Positions 55,059 to 63,705 of a stretch of DNA of 64,000 bases are shown piece after piece. Made by a program: the position numbers and the translations under genes. Under the pieces are notes generated by a model that was given only the letters and a program-made list of their open reading frames with translations, was not told the origin of the DNA and did not search any database. Numbering within the stretch: the first letter of the stretch is position 1; the number at the start of each line of letters is the position of its first letter. This stretch comes from a virus. Location of the stretch: positions 11,503 through 75,502 of IMG/VR virus record IMGVR_UViG_3300024302_000005; one strand, given 5' to 3'.

Positions 55059-55310
55059 ATGTCGGATTTTATAATCGAAAGAGGCATCCCACTAACTGAC
55101 ATAGTTCAAAAGGGTGCAAGCAGTGCAGGCGCACTTAAATACCCCTTCCCAGATATGGAAATAATGGATAGCTTTGATCTTGGAGATATCCCACCTATTC
55201 GTGTCCGGGCAGCTGCTAGAAACCACACAGATAACCATGGTAAATACTTTACCGTTAGACTAACACCCGATGGCAGCTATCGTTGCTGGCGGATAGCGAA
55301 ACCTCTCTGA
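55059..55310 (+). CDS. small putative DNA-binding protein
   Basis: IERGIP...KYPF..M...DSF...RCWR pattern common in phage proteins. Confidence 0.55.
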   Translation: MSDFIIERGIPLTDIVQKGASSAGALKYPFPDMEIMDSFDLGDIPPIRVRAAARNHTDNHGKYFTVRLTPDGSYRCWRIAKPL

Positions 55311-55406
55311 CGATCAATCAAGTCCTCCCGTCGTCAGGGACAACTGACCACCTATGGCCTCGTGATCCGTTTGGACTCGGCACTAGCGACATAGGTGGTC
55401 CTTTTT
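55305..55406 (+). terminator. double hairpin plus T-run (terminator or sRNA)
   Basis: CTCTGACGA/TCGTCAGGG; GACCACCTATG/CATAGGTGGTC; TTTTT. Confidence 0.55.
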
Positions 55407-55425
55407 ACTAATCAAGGAATAACCA

Positions 55426-55887
55426 ATGGCCGAAAAGCCCACAAACCCTAAAGATGCAGTAGGTATTGGTAAAGTACCTACCTCAACGGTCTCAGCTCCT
55501 GTCACAGGAGAGGTGGGACTAGCGATGATGGAAGGGGCCCTGAAGTACGGCCGACATAACTACAGGGTCATTGGAGTCCGTGCCAGTGTCTATTACGATG
55601 CTGTAATGTCCCGCCACATGCCCGCCTGGTGGGAGGGAGAGGACATTGACCCCGATAGTGGACTTTCTCACATAACCAAGGCTATTGCCTCTCTGTACGT
55701 CCTCAGGGACGCTATGATCAATGACAACTGGATCGACGATCGACCACCAGCTGCCAAGCCAGGCTGGATAGATGAACTAAACGCAAAGGCTGCCGCTCTA
55801 CTGGTCAAATATCCTAATCCAGTAGATGCCTATACTGAGATAGGTGAACAGGAGAAACGTGATGCGGAAGAGCCGATTCAAGGGTGA
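55426..55887 (+). CDS. dATP/dGTP diphosphohydrolase-domain protein (DUF5664)
   Basis: NPKD..G..K, GALKYGRHNYR, RH..AWW.GEDIDPDSGLSHI. Confidence 0.85.
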   Translation: MAEKPTNPKDAVGIGKVPTSTVSAPVTGEVGLAMMEGALKYGRHNYRVIGVRASVYYDAVMSRHMPAWWEGEDIDPDSGLSHITKAIASLYVLRDAMINDNWIDDRPPAAKPGWIDELNAKAAALLVKYPNPVDAYTEIGEQEKRDAEEPIQG

Positions 55888-56272
55888 GTTCGAAGTTAAA
55901 CAGCGAGATAAAGATGGCTGGTACTGGTATGAGGATACTGAAATGACCTTAAAGGAAAAGCTACAAGCTGGCCCCGGTAGCCGTGAGTTATCAGATGAAT
56001 TTCTGTTGGCTATGGGGTGGTATAGAATTTCAGATAGTCATGATTTTTTAATGCCGCCGGGTGGATACAAAGTTAGTAGGCAGCCAAACCCAACCCTCAA
56101 CATAGACGACGCGCTAAATCATCTGGTGCCGGATGGGTGGATTTACATACTGGCTAAACACCCTGACAAATTCAAAGCCGTACTGGATCAGCCTAAGAAG
56201 CTGAACGCAAAGATCGGTGAAGCCCCCACACTCCCCCTCGCAATCTGCGCGGCTATATTGGAGATTGAATGA
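55844..56272 (+). CDS. phage ABA-sandwich-like protein (start uncertain)
   Basis: PT.NIDDA..LVP.GW...A.T.PLAIC.A.L pattern. Confidence 0.55.
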   Translation: MNRRNVMRKSRFKGEFEVKQRDKDGWYWYEDTEMTLKEKLQAGPGSRELSDEFLLAMGWYRISDSHDFLMPPGGYKVSRQPNPTLNIDDALNHLVPDGWIYILAKHPDKFKAVLDQPKKLNAKIGEAPTLPLAICAAILEIE

Positions 56273-56496
56273 TGATTGACCAGAAAGCATTGGAAGCTGC
56301 TGTTGAGGCCATGCGTGACTGCCACGCGCCCGACGCTTGTGCTGCTGTGGCAGTAGCCATCACAGCCTACGAGGCCGCAAAGCCACAACCAGACCAAGAG
56401 GCGCTGGAACTTGTGCTTGACTACGCTGGTAAGGGCCACGGCTACACAGTAAAAGAACGTCAAACCGCCATTGCAAAGCTGAGAGGGATTGAATGA
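56269..56496 (+). CDS. small modular protein 1
   Basis: contains repeat modules A-B-C-D; ATGA coupling. Confidence 0.65.
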   Translation: MMIDQKALEAAVEAMRDCHAPDACAAVAVAITAYEAAKPQPDQEALELVLDYAGKGHGYTVKERQTAIAKLRGIE

Positions 56497-56777
56497 TGGA
56501 CATTGTTGAAGACCTCCGCTTGAACCATGTGTATTGCCCTAAAGAAGTTATTCTTGAGGCCGCAGACAGAATTGAAACGCTAGAGTTTGAATTGAAATGC
56601 GCCAAAATGGCAATTAATGATTTGCTGATAAACCACAAGCCAGACCGCGAGGCACTGGATATTGTGCTTGTTGCTGCGGAAAGTTTTATCACAATTATTG
56701 AGGATTACCCGCAAGAGGCAGACGCAATGGCTAAATACAAAGCCGCCATAGCCAAGCTGAGAGGGATTGAAGGATGA
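56493..56777 (+). CDS. small modular protein 2
   Basis: DIVEDLR...EAADRIE.L followed by modules C-D. Confidence 0.65.
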   Translation: MMDIVEDLRLNHVYCPKEVILEAADRIETLEFELKCAKMAINDLLINHKPDREALDIVLVAAESFITIIEDYPQEADAMAKYKAAIAKLRGIEG

Positions 56778-57211
56778 TTGACCAGAAAGCATTGGAAGCT
56801 GTCGCAGCAATAGAACACGATCAATGGGCGCATTGGACCCGCTACATGCTGGACAATCTGACGCCAGAGAATGCTAGGCGATGGGACTGGCAATGTGTAA
56901 CGCCATATAATGAATTATCAGAAACAGAAAAAGATAGTGACAGAAAATGGGCTGTAAAATCCATCACAGCCTACGAGGCCGCACTGTGGCAACCAATTGA
57001 GACGTTGGAATACAGCGACGATCCGGTTATCGGTGAAAGTGAAAAAGTGCTTTTGGTCGATGAAGCCGGAAAGGTTTGGGTTGGCAGTCTTATGTATGCG
57101 ATCGGTAAAGGTCTCCTGTCATGGGGTTGGAACAACAAGCCTACCCACTGGATGCCGCTACCAGAGCCGCCGTCCCTTAAATCCACCCCCTCAGAAGGAA
57201 CAGAAACATGA
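56774..57211 (+). CDS. modular protein 3: RyR-repeat-like segment + DUF551-like domain
   Basis: EHDQW...PYNELSETEKDSDR; WQPIET...PTHWMPLPEPP; modules A and B. Confidence 0.7.
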   Translation: MIDQKALEAVAAIEHDQWAHWTRYMLDNLTPENARRWDWQCVTPYNELSETEKDSDRKWAVKSITAYEAALWQPIETLEYSDDPVIGESEKVLLVDEAGKVWVGSLMYAIGKGLLSWGWNNKPTHWMPLPEPPSLKSTPSEGTET

Positions 57212-57537
57212 GTGTGATTGGCGATGAAGACGAAACAGCAAACGATGTCTATGATCGTTTTATTGAAAAGTTTTGCCGAGTTACTGGACAGGATCAGGTG
57301 AATTACGGTCAAGACCCTTTTGAGATACTAATTGACTTAGTCAACAAGCATGACGAAGCCTTGACTTACCTAACTGAGCTTACCGATGAAGTAAACCGCC
57401 TTCGCAAACTGGTGCCAGATCAAGAGGCGCTGGAGATTGTGGTTGAGGCTGCTGAAGTTATCGCGCGACTTTGGACAGGTGAAAGAGCCTATGACTTGAA
57501 AATCGCCATTGCAAAGCTGAGAGATACTAAATCTTGA
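57208..57537 (+). CDS. small modular protein 4
   Basis: unique N-terminus followed by modules C-D. Confidence 0.65.
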   Translation: MSVIGDEDETANDVYDRFIEKFCRVTGQDQVNYGQDPFEILIDLVNKHDEALTYLTELTDEVNRLRKLVPDQEALEIVVEAAEVIARLWTGERAYDLKIAIAKLRDTKS

Positions 57538-57612
57538 TTAAGCTTGCGCTCTGGCCCTGCATTGCCAGTCCTTAGCGGTTTGAGGGGTTCCGTAGCGCCC
57601 AATACCCCTCAC

Positions 57613-57954
57613 TTATTGTCTATCAAGCTCCCGCATAATCATAACGATCTCAGACTGAAGTAGCTCACGTTCTGTCAGGAGATTAGTAGGAGGTACCATT
57701 CCGGCTTTCTTATATTTAGCTAAAGCTAAATCTATCTCCAACAGTCTACGTTTGCGGATAGTCAGAACATACCTAAGAGGTATGCCTACTATTTGCTGAG
57801 CTTGTTCAGCATGCCGGGTTACCTCAGATTTCCAAGCAGGTCGATCTAACTGAAATCCTGCTTCATCCGCAAAACCGTATACACCACCTATGCCGGCGAC
57901 TACGAGAGCAACCATTCCTATTGTCACATGCTTACCCTTTATCCCGCTCATCAT
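57613..57954 (-). CDS. membrane-anchored hypothetical protein
   Basis: N-terminal hydrophobic segment; last gene of the lysis block. Confidence 0.6.
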   Translation of the reverse strand: MMSGIKGKHVTIGMVALVVAGIGGVYGFADEAGFQLDRPAWKSEVTRHAEQAQQIVGIPLRYVLTIRKRRLLEIDLALAKYKKAGMVPPTNLLTERELLQSEIVMIMRELDRQ

Positions 57955-58273
57955 AACCCCCTACGTAACTACGGCCGTAATCCCACCTCCATGAGAATGG
58001 GAAGATAGGATGCCCTCCTATCCGGACAGCGTAATACATAGCTGCTGCTATTAAGGGGTAGCCTTTTCTAGCTACAGATCCAGCGAGGATCCTGTCAGCC
58101 TTTAAACGACGTTCTTTAGTGCCTGCTTCCCAATAAGCCTTATCGTGAATGACACAATCATCGTTCCAAGGGGGCGCATTGTTAAACAGGTACTTCCAGA
58201 AGGTAGTCATACCCCCTGAACATCCGTCTGTTGTGAATGATTCTTTAAAGGGCGGCTTTATTGAGGTCATCAC
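57932..58273 (-). CDS. phospholipase A2-like (DGC...CxxHDxxY) protein
   Basis: TDGCSGG...CVIHDKAY..R..AD...MYYAVRIGG. Confidence 0.5.
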   Translation of the reverse strand: MMTSIKPPFKESFTTDGCSGGMTTFWKYLFNNAPPWNDDCVIHDKAYWEAGTKERRLKADRILAGSVARKGYPLIAAAMYYAVRIGGHPIFPFSWRWDYGRSYVGGYDERDKG

Positions 58274-58469
58274 AAATTACTCCGTGCCTAGCTATATCTG
58301 TGAACCATTCTGCGAAGTCTGCATTAGTAGCACCGAGCTGGGCAATACCTTCATACGCAACCTTATTAGGCCAGGTAAAGACAGGACAGCTAGTCAGGGT
58401 TATCGTCTGACTTTGGCAGCTTGCCACGAGCAATAAGGAGAGCATCGCTAAATTTCTTAACTTTGGCAT
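58245..58469 (-). CDS. outer-membrane spanin (Rz1-like lipoprotein)
   Basis: start at MPKLRN; lipobox LLVAS-C; overlaps the upstream gene in another frame. Confidence 0.7.
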   Translation of the reverse strand: MPKLRNLAMLSLLLVASCQSQTITLTSCPVFTWPNKVAYEGIAQLGATNADFAEWFTDIARHGVICDDLNKAAL

Positions 58470-58632
58470 TTGCTTTCTTTTCCGCATTATGGAGTCGGTT
58501 AATGTTAGCTGCAATGACACGATTTTCGCCATCCTTGCGAAGACCCTCATCACGGAACATGCCCCCGAAGAATTGAATCAGGGACATGAAACCGTTGATA
58601 AGTTTAATTACTGCCAGAGGCGTTGAGAACAT
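58390..58632 (-). CDS. inner-membrane spanin (Rz-like)
   Basis: N-terminal hydrophobic segment plus a helical domain; overlaps the lipoprotein gene. Confidence 0.6.
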   Translation of the reverse strand: MFSTPLAVIKLINGFMSLIQFFGGMFRDEGLRKDGENRVIAANINRLHNAEKKANAKVKKFSDALLIARGKLPKSDDNPD

Positions 58633-58877
58633 TAGGCAGGATCTTTTGGAGTAAGAACATCATCAGCGTTACGAGCCTGGCCAACATTAAGGGCCAAGGT
58701 ATTCACAACACGAGACACGATGTTCCAGATACCCCCAAGCTTACCTAGAGCCTCGTCATCGACGGTGGTCTTGGTCATGGCGGCAACACCAGCACAAGCT
58801 GAGATTAAGATAGCAATAGCGTTAAGCCACCCAGGAAGTTGATCAGCCATGCCGATCAGAAGAGTAATTGTATCCAT
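58632..58877 (-). CDS. holin-like membrane protein
   Basis: TM segment then T.T..DD...N.LALN.G.ARN; directly follows the endolysin. Confidence 0.65.
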   Translation of the reverse strand: MDTITLLIGMADQLPGWLNAIAILISACAGVAAMTKTTVDDEALGKLGGIWNIVSRVVNTLALNVGQARNADDVLTPKDPA

Positions 58878-59302
58878 TAGATTAATTCTTTCCAGTTTCT
58901 AAGTTCGAAGTGAGGAGCGTCAATTAGACGTTCCTTAGGGTCGTTTCTAACCAGAACGCCATTATTGTTCCAGTCGTTACCCCAGGTCAAGGGTATCTCC
59001 ATCTCGAGAGCTACCCCCTTCATCAACCCAGCGAGGTATCCGAAGCGTTCCATGTCTTCCCAATCTATTGGCCAGGGGACAATATCCACTGCCATCGATG
59101 GTGTGAAGTTATGGGCACTTTCACCAAATTTAGCGTGAGAAAGCTTTGGAACAGCATTGTATGCTGCCATTTGTTCAGCTTCACCACGGTAAGCGCAAGT
59201 GATACTGTGATCGACCATGGTGATGACTTTACTCAGTATCACCTGCAGGAGCGGGTGACACTGGTCAAACCTCTCCTGGGACTTTCGTCCATAACTATAC
59301 AT
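58877..59302 (-). CDS. endolysin, M15 family L-Ala-D-Glu peptidase
   Basis: R...EQ, SAHN...AVDI, WGNDW, DAPHFE. Confidence 0.88.
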   Translation of the reverse strand: MYSYGRKSQERFDQCHPLLQVILSKVITMVDHSITCAYRGEAEQMAAYNAVPKLSHAKFGESAHNFTPSMAVDIVPWPIDWEDMERFGYLAGLMKGVALEMEIPLTWGNDWNNNGVLVRNDPKERLIDAPHFELRNWKELI

Positions 59303-59305
59303 TGA

Positions 59306-59632
59306 TTAAGCCCCGGTTTTTAAATGGATAAGCTCTTGAACCCCTAACCAAACAGCTGTCATGATTCCTAGGATCACAGCGCCTATTGCCGTCTTCTTAA
59401 TTTGTTTGCTCATGGTCTCACCAGCTACCCGCTGACGTCTTGTCCAGGCACTATCTACCTGGATCTGAATAACACTTTCAGGAGATGATAGGTCGTGACC
59501 CAGGAGCTGAAAGATCTCGTGAGTAGTCGCAATAGCAGCTCGTTTACCGATCTGCATTGCTTGATTACGGGTGACGTATTCATCCCCATTATCAATATCA
59601 TCTTTCATATCTGTGTCGAAAGTACCGGTCAT
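59306..59632 (-). CDS. hypothetical protein with a C-terminal TM segment
   Basis: hydrophobic C-terminal helix; precedes the endolysin. Confidence 0.6.
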   Translation of the reverse strand: MTGTFDTDMKDDIDNGDEYVTRNQAMQIGKRAAIATTHEIFQLLGHDLSSPESVIQIQVDSAWTRRQRVAGETMSKQIKKTAIGAVILGIMTAVWLGVQELIHLKTGA

Positions 59633-59655
59633 AACTAAATTCCCTAGGTATTATG

Positions 59656-59943
59656 TTATTTTGGGTTGTCTGCTTTGACCTTAGCAACATGAGCTTTCCA
59701 TGTCCCGTGATATTGCATATCTAACTGCTCCTGCCAAGTTCCGTAGGCGTTCATACGGGCTTGATCAACATCAGAAGGTTTTGGTATATTGTTAGATACA
59801 CGCATACAAGATGGATCATCTTTAACGTCTAGAATCATCTGATCATAGTCGTCGTTACCAGGAGACTCTCCAAAATGCCCACCATCAGCGTTTTCATAGG
59901 ATACGCGTCCATCTTCTGCCATATGTTTGATATACATGGGCAT
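59656..59943 (-). CDS. tail fibre chaperone-like protein
   Basis: R..AY..WQEQLDMQYH..WK...A.VK..NPK. Confidence 0.65.
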   Translation of the reverse strand: MPMYIKHMAEDGRVSYENADGGHFGESPGNDDYDQMILDVKDDPSCMRVSNNIPKPSDVDQARMNAYGTWQEQLDMQYHGTWKAHVAKVKADNPK

Positions 59944-59944
59944 C

Positions 59945-61057
59945 TTATAACTCCGCTGCTATTTGTATGTAGGTAATCCCGGCACCTTGGTTCTGGAATG
60001 ACTGCGCAAGCGCTCCATTTCCCGCTGTCAGCCCTGATGTGGTGAACCGAGGATTACAGTTATCATGCGTAATGTAGTAGCAGTTAAAGGACGTACAGTT
60101 ATATCCTGAGCCTTGCTGCAGAACACGTATATTCGTAATAACTGAACACGTAACGGTTGGATTGGTACGTTTCCAAGCAAAATTCAACTGCCCCTCTAGG
60201 TATGTAGCGTGTTGAACAGACCCGTCTACCCACATCCTGTAAAGTCCTTCACTATCGAATCGTTCGTAATACCGAAGGCACTTATCCAATTCTTTTGAGT
60301 AGCTCTCATGGGTATAACCGGTAAAGGTATCTCCTACCTCCAATTTAACACCACCAATATACAAATTATTAGCAGTATTATCTAAGAGATTTTGAGCACC
60401 GGTGGCACCGTACTCTGTGCCTGCTGCCCATGCTCCTGCAGTACCAAAGTTATTCGAGCCACAGGTAAGGGCAAAACCAAGCTGTAAACCACCACCTGTA
60501 TCGTTATTAATAGTTCCGCTAACATCAGCAGCGATATCAACCTCAATCTCCTCAGGGGTATCTGCAGAGGTCACGTTAAAGGTAAATGGGTGTGTCCGTG
60601 TACCATCAGGCTGGTTAATAAAGCCTACGTGCACACCGCTCTTCGGGGACTGAATAAGGAAGCGTAACTTCATAGCTACAGCTGCAGCATTGCCATACAT
60701 GAGGTGCTGTAGATCCTGGGCTTCCAGTACCTGACTGATATGCCAATACTCTCCTGCGCCCACTGAGGCTTCAGCAGTAGTGACATCGATCTTCATGCAA
60801 TAATCATGGCCCCAGGCTGCAAAGATACCCGTAGCATCCTGGGATACAGTAACAACACCACCATGTCCTGATCGATTGTTCTTCCAACGATCCAGGAAGA
60901 CTTCCCCGCCACCCCAGGCAGCTTGAGAGGTGCCACGTTGAGCAACAGTGAATCCACTATTATCGAGCAGGTTAGGGTTTACCCCAGGTGCTGAAGCAGC
61001 AATCGGAATAGTCGTGGCATTTACTGCCAGATCTGCAGCATCTCGAGCATTACTCAT
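59945..61057 (-). CDS. tail fibre / receptor-binding protein
   Basis: NLLDNSGFTVAQRGTS...VKLEVG...ELDKCLRYY. Confidence 0.75.
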   Translation of the reverse strand: MSNARDAADLAVNATTIPIAASAPGVNPNLLDNSGFTVAQRGTSQAAWGGGEVFLDRWKNNRSGHGGVVTVSQDATGIFAAWGHDYCMKIDVTTAEASVGAGEYWHISQVLEAQDLQHLMYGNAAAVAMKLRFLIQSPKSGVHVGFINQPDGTRTHPFTFNVTSADTPEEIEVDIAADVSGTINNDTGGGLQLGFALTCGSNNFGTAGAWAAGTEYGATGAQNLLDNTANNLYIGGVKLEVGDTFTGYTHESYSKELDKCLRYYERFDSEGLYRMWVDGSVQHATYLEGQLNFAWKRTNPTVTCSVITNIRVLQQGSGYNCTSFNCYYITHDNCNPRFTTSGLTAGNGALAQSFQNQGAGITYIQIAAEL

Positions 61058-61379
61058 CTTTAGGAATCCCTGCTTTAACTGCGTTAATGTGGGATTGGAA
61101 GGCTGTTACACCTTGTTCCCCAATCATTTCGAGTTGCTCTGTAACAGTACCATAACCTCCGTCAGCTATATTTTTCTTACGCTTTTCGACGTAGGTTTCA
61201 ACTGGCGTGTCGTCAACTTCAACAATCTCTGCCAGACCGTCAGCAACATGCTGATCATATAAGGATCGGTCCCGGTTATCCTTATCAAGCGGGATAATTC
61301 CACCCAACTCATTCTGTAGGTTATCAGGGTAACCGGATCGCTTGATAAGTGTGTATTTTATCATTTTATAACTCCGCAT
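61050..61379 (-). CDS. tail fibre chaperone-like protein
   Basis: IP.D..NRD; EQLEM...H...VK..IPK. Confidence 0.65.
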   Translation of the reverse strand: MRSYKMIKYTLIKRSGYPDNLQNELGGIIPLDKDNRDRSLYDQHVADGLAEIVEVDDTPVETYVEKRKKNIADGGYGTVTEQLEMIGEQGVTAFQSHINAVKAGIPKDE

Positions 61380-62808
61380 CTACGGTGACATGTATGCCCA
61401 TCGTGTCTCCTGCGTTATCAGATGATGCAGCAGCCCCAATGTTTATACTATGTGCTTTGGCTACGACGTTCATACTTTCGTCTGTATTATCTACTTGGTT
61501 ACGGGCGAAAGTATTGGCAGCAGCAGGGTTGTACCCCGTAGCAGTTCCAGCCGTTCGCATAGTAACGGGGAAGTTCCAAGTACCACCAGTGCGATATGGA
61601 GAAGTTCCCATACAGTACCAAGATAGCTCACCAGTAACTTCACCGCCATTCTGCACAGGGGCTACTCCCGGCTGGAACGATGTCCAGAAGTACCTCTGAC
61701 ACTTAGCCAGCGTATCCCCATAACTCTCATGCTCAAAGGCTGTGGCTGCGCTGCCGACTTCTAGTTTGACTTGCCCGATGTAGATGTTGTTGGCAGTGTT
61801 ATCCAGCAGGTTAGGTTGGTTGTCACTACCCCACATTTGGCCTGAAGTCCAAGCCCCCGCTGTCCCATCACGGCTTGTACCAACGGCCATAGGGAACATG
61901 ATCATAAGACCCGTACCGTTATCATTATTCATACCCCTGCTATCGCCGGGTATGGTAACTGATATTAGTTCCGGCGTGTCTGCTGACGCCACTGTAAATT
62001 CGGCAGCATACCCGTATGCACCATCGTCGTTATACAATGCTACTGAGTGTGTCCCACTCTTAGGCGATTGGTACAGGAAGGATAGCGTTATATCATTTGG
62101 GGAAGCGCCAGCATATTCAAGGTGCTGTAAATCTTGTGCCTCTATCTTCTGTGCAATGAACAGTCCATCATACACACCGGGGGCTGCGTCTGCTGTAGTG
62201 CAGTCAATCTTCATTGCATACTTGCTGCCCCAAGCAGAAAATACACCAGAAGTATCTTGTGTAACTGTCACTCTTGCACTGAAAGTTGCTTCCCACTGGA
62301 CTTTCCAACGATCCAGTAAATAATCATGGCTGGTGGGTGAAGCAAACGATGTCCCGCGCTGGCTGACTGTCATGCCGCCGTTGATGATCAGGTTAGGGTT
62401 GTTACCCGTTGGCGCACTCGTTGCACCTGTACCGCCCTGTGCTTCTGACAAGGGGGTAGTGAGACCAGCTAGGCTAGTGATATCGTTGTTAGCACCTAAC
62501 AAAGCGTACCTAGCATCTGAATCCGTCTTGTTGTAGCTAGCAACAGGATTGCCTGAACCACCACCATCGACCTCAAAGGTCTGTCCCGCAATCATAGAGG
62601 CTACGCCGGTAATGCTAGTACCTGTGGTAGCCACAAAGTCCTCAGGTAGGAGCCTGTGTCCATCGATGTAGCATTTAACCGTAGCGGGGTTATAGCGCAG
62701 CGTTAAGCTGGCATCATCTAACCCACTAAAGGAAGTCTCACCTCCTGCAGCGAGCCAGGAATAGGTCTGAGCTCCAATTTTGGCAGCTACTTTTGTTGCA
62801 AAAGGCAT
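61366..62808 (-). CDS. tail fibre / receptor-binding protein (paralog)
   Basis: NLIINGGMTVSQRGTS...VKLEVGS.AT.FEH...LAKCQRYF; N-terminal attachment region. Confidence 0.78.
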   Translation of the reverse strand: MPFATKVAAKIGAQTYSWLAAGGETSFSGLDDASLTLRYNPATVKCYIDGHRLLPEDFVATTGTSITGVASMIAGQTFEVDGGGSGNPVASYNKTDSDARYALLGANNDITSLAGLTTPLSEAQGGTGATSAPTGNNPNLIINGGMTVSQRGTSFASPTSHDYLLDRWKVQWEATFSARVTVTQDTSGVFSAWGSKYAMKIDCTTADAAPGVYDGLFIAQKIEAQDLQHLEYAGASPNDITLSFLYQSPKSGTHSVALYNDDGAYGYAAEFTVASADTPELISVTIPGDSRGMNNDNGTGLMIMFPMAVGTSRDGTAGAWTSGQMWGSDNQPNLLDNTANNIYIGQVKLEVGSAATAFEHESYGDTLAKCQRYFWTSFQPGVAPVQNGGEVTGELSWYCMGTSPYRTGGTWNFPVTMRTAGTATGYNPAAANTFARNQVDNTDESMNVVAKAHSINIGAAASSDNAGDTMGIHVTVDAEL

Positions 62809-62814
62809 TATTTA

Positions 62815-63084
62815 TTACTCCGTTACGATTTGCTGCGTCAGCATGTACGCAGTCCACCCGTCGATGATGTCTTGGGTCCACATTGCCGCGCCGATTGCTT
62901 GAACGTCCGCAGGTTCGTTGGACAGATCGTCACCGGGAACAAGAACGTGCCTGTGGTAATTACCTTGAGAAACGATCTCACCTGTCTCGTCATTGATAAT
63001 GCGGTTATCGTGACGACACTGGATAACCTTGTGTTCCGTGACGACTTCGATCTTGTCTAGTATGCGTTGTTCTACGAGTGCCAT
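62815..63084 (-). CDS. tail fibre chaperone-like protein
   Basis: DKIEVV...IQ.R...YHRHVL.PGDD...E...VQAI...WT. Confidence 0.65.
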   Translation of the reverse strand: MALVEQRILDKIEVVTEHKVIQCRHDNRIINDETGEIVSQGNYHRHVLVPGDDLSNEPADVQAIGAAMWTQDIIDGWTAYMLTQQIVTE

Positions 63085-63093
63085 TATTCTGTC

Positions 63094-63705
63094 CTATACA
63101 TAGTAAGAAACATTTGTGTAGATACCTTTACCAGAGCCAGAGCCAATCTTGGCATCTGAGAACCCTGCAAGGTTACTGCCTGTTGATGTTGGTAGCGTTA
63201 AGAATTGTAACCCTGTACCACCGGGGAGCACGATAATTGTCCCTGTCATATCCATTTTATCGTTACAACCCGCCATGAAACCTCGCCCATTACCACCAAC
63301 AACAGTAAAAGGAAGACCGGATATGTAACACTCTCCTGAGCCTGACTTGGAACTGTTCAATGAGAGGGAAACAAACGCAGTAACTAAGCGGCCAACCTTT
63401 GTGTAAGTGCAACTACTAGCGGCTGTGTTATCTGTTCCACCTGAACCGCCAAGCTTAAAAATGCCTGTCCAGATGCCTTCTTCATAGTCCGTGAGGTAGT
63501 TGGCGCTGGTCGTGCCACCGATGTAGATGCCGCCAGCAAGGTACAAGTCTTTCCAAGCCTTCGCAGCAGTACCAAGATCATCAGTGTTATCAGTGTCACT
63601 AATAACACTGGTGGTGGAGGCAGTTAAATCTACAGCTGCTGGTTCCGACGTAGGAACAGTAGCCGCGTCTTTAGCCAGCTGAGCTAGATCTGCATTAAAA
63701 CCCAT
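63094..63705 (-). CDS. short tail fibre protein
   Basis: N.L.DYEEG.WT...YTKVGRLV...ISGLPFT. Confidence 0.72.
   Translation of the reverse strand: MGFNADLAQLAKDAATVPTSEPAAVDLTASTTSVISDTDNTDDLGTAAKAWKDLYLAGGIYIGGTTSANYLTDYEEGIWTGIFKLGGSGGTDNTAASSCTYTKVGRLVTAFVSLSLNSSKSGSGECYISGLPFTVVGGNGRGFMAGCNDKMDMTGTIIVLPGGTGLQFLTLPTSTGSNLAGFSDAKIGSGSGKGIYTNVSYYV

Larger units (their letters stand above)
56272..57523 (+). repeat. dispersed 20-31 bp direct repeats inside coding sequence
   Basis: A at 56272/56774; B at 56357/56961; C at 56389/56640/57415; D at 56466/56744/57504. Confidence 0.85.

Noticed and set aside
55426-55887. 2-aminoadenine (Z) or 7-deazaguanine DNA modification system
   Set aside because: Only the DUF5664-type diphosphohydrolase is present; no PurZ, DatZ, DpdA or Que genes are seen in the window
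56272-57523. CRISPR array
   Set aside because: Four different repeat types with irregular spacing, all in frame inside ORFs; no cas genes
59945-62808. Diversity-generating retroelement acting on the fibres
   Set aside because: No reverse transcriptase and no adenine-specific template/variable repeat pair seen in the window
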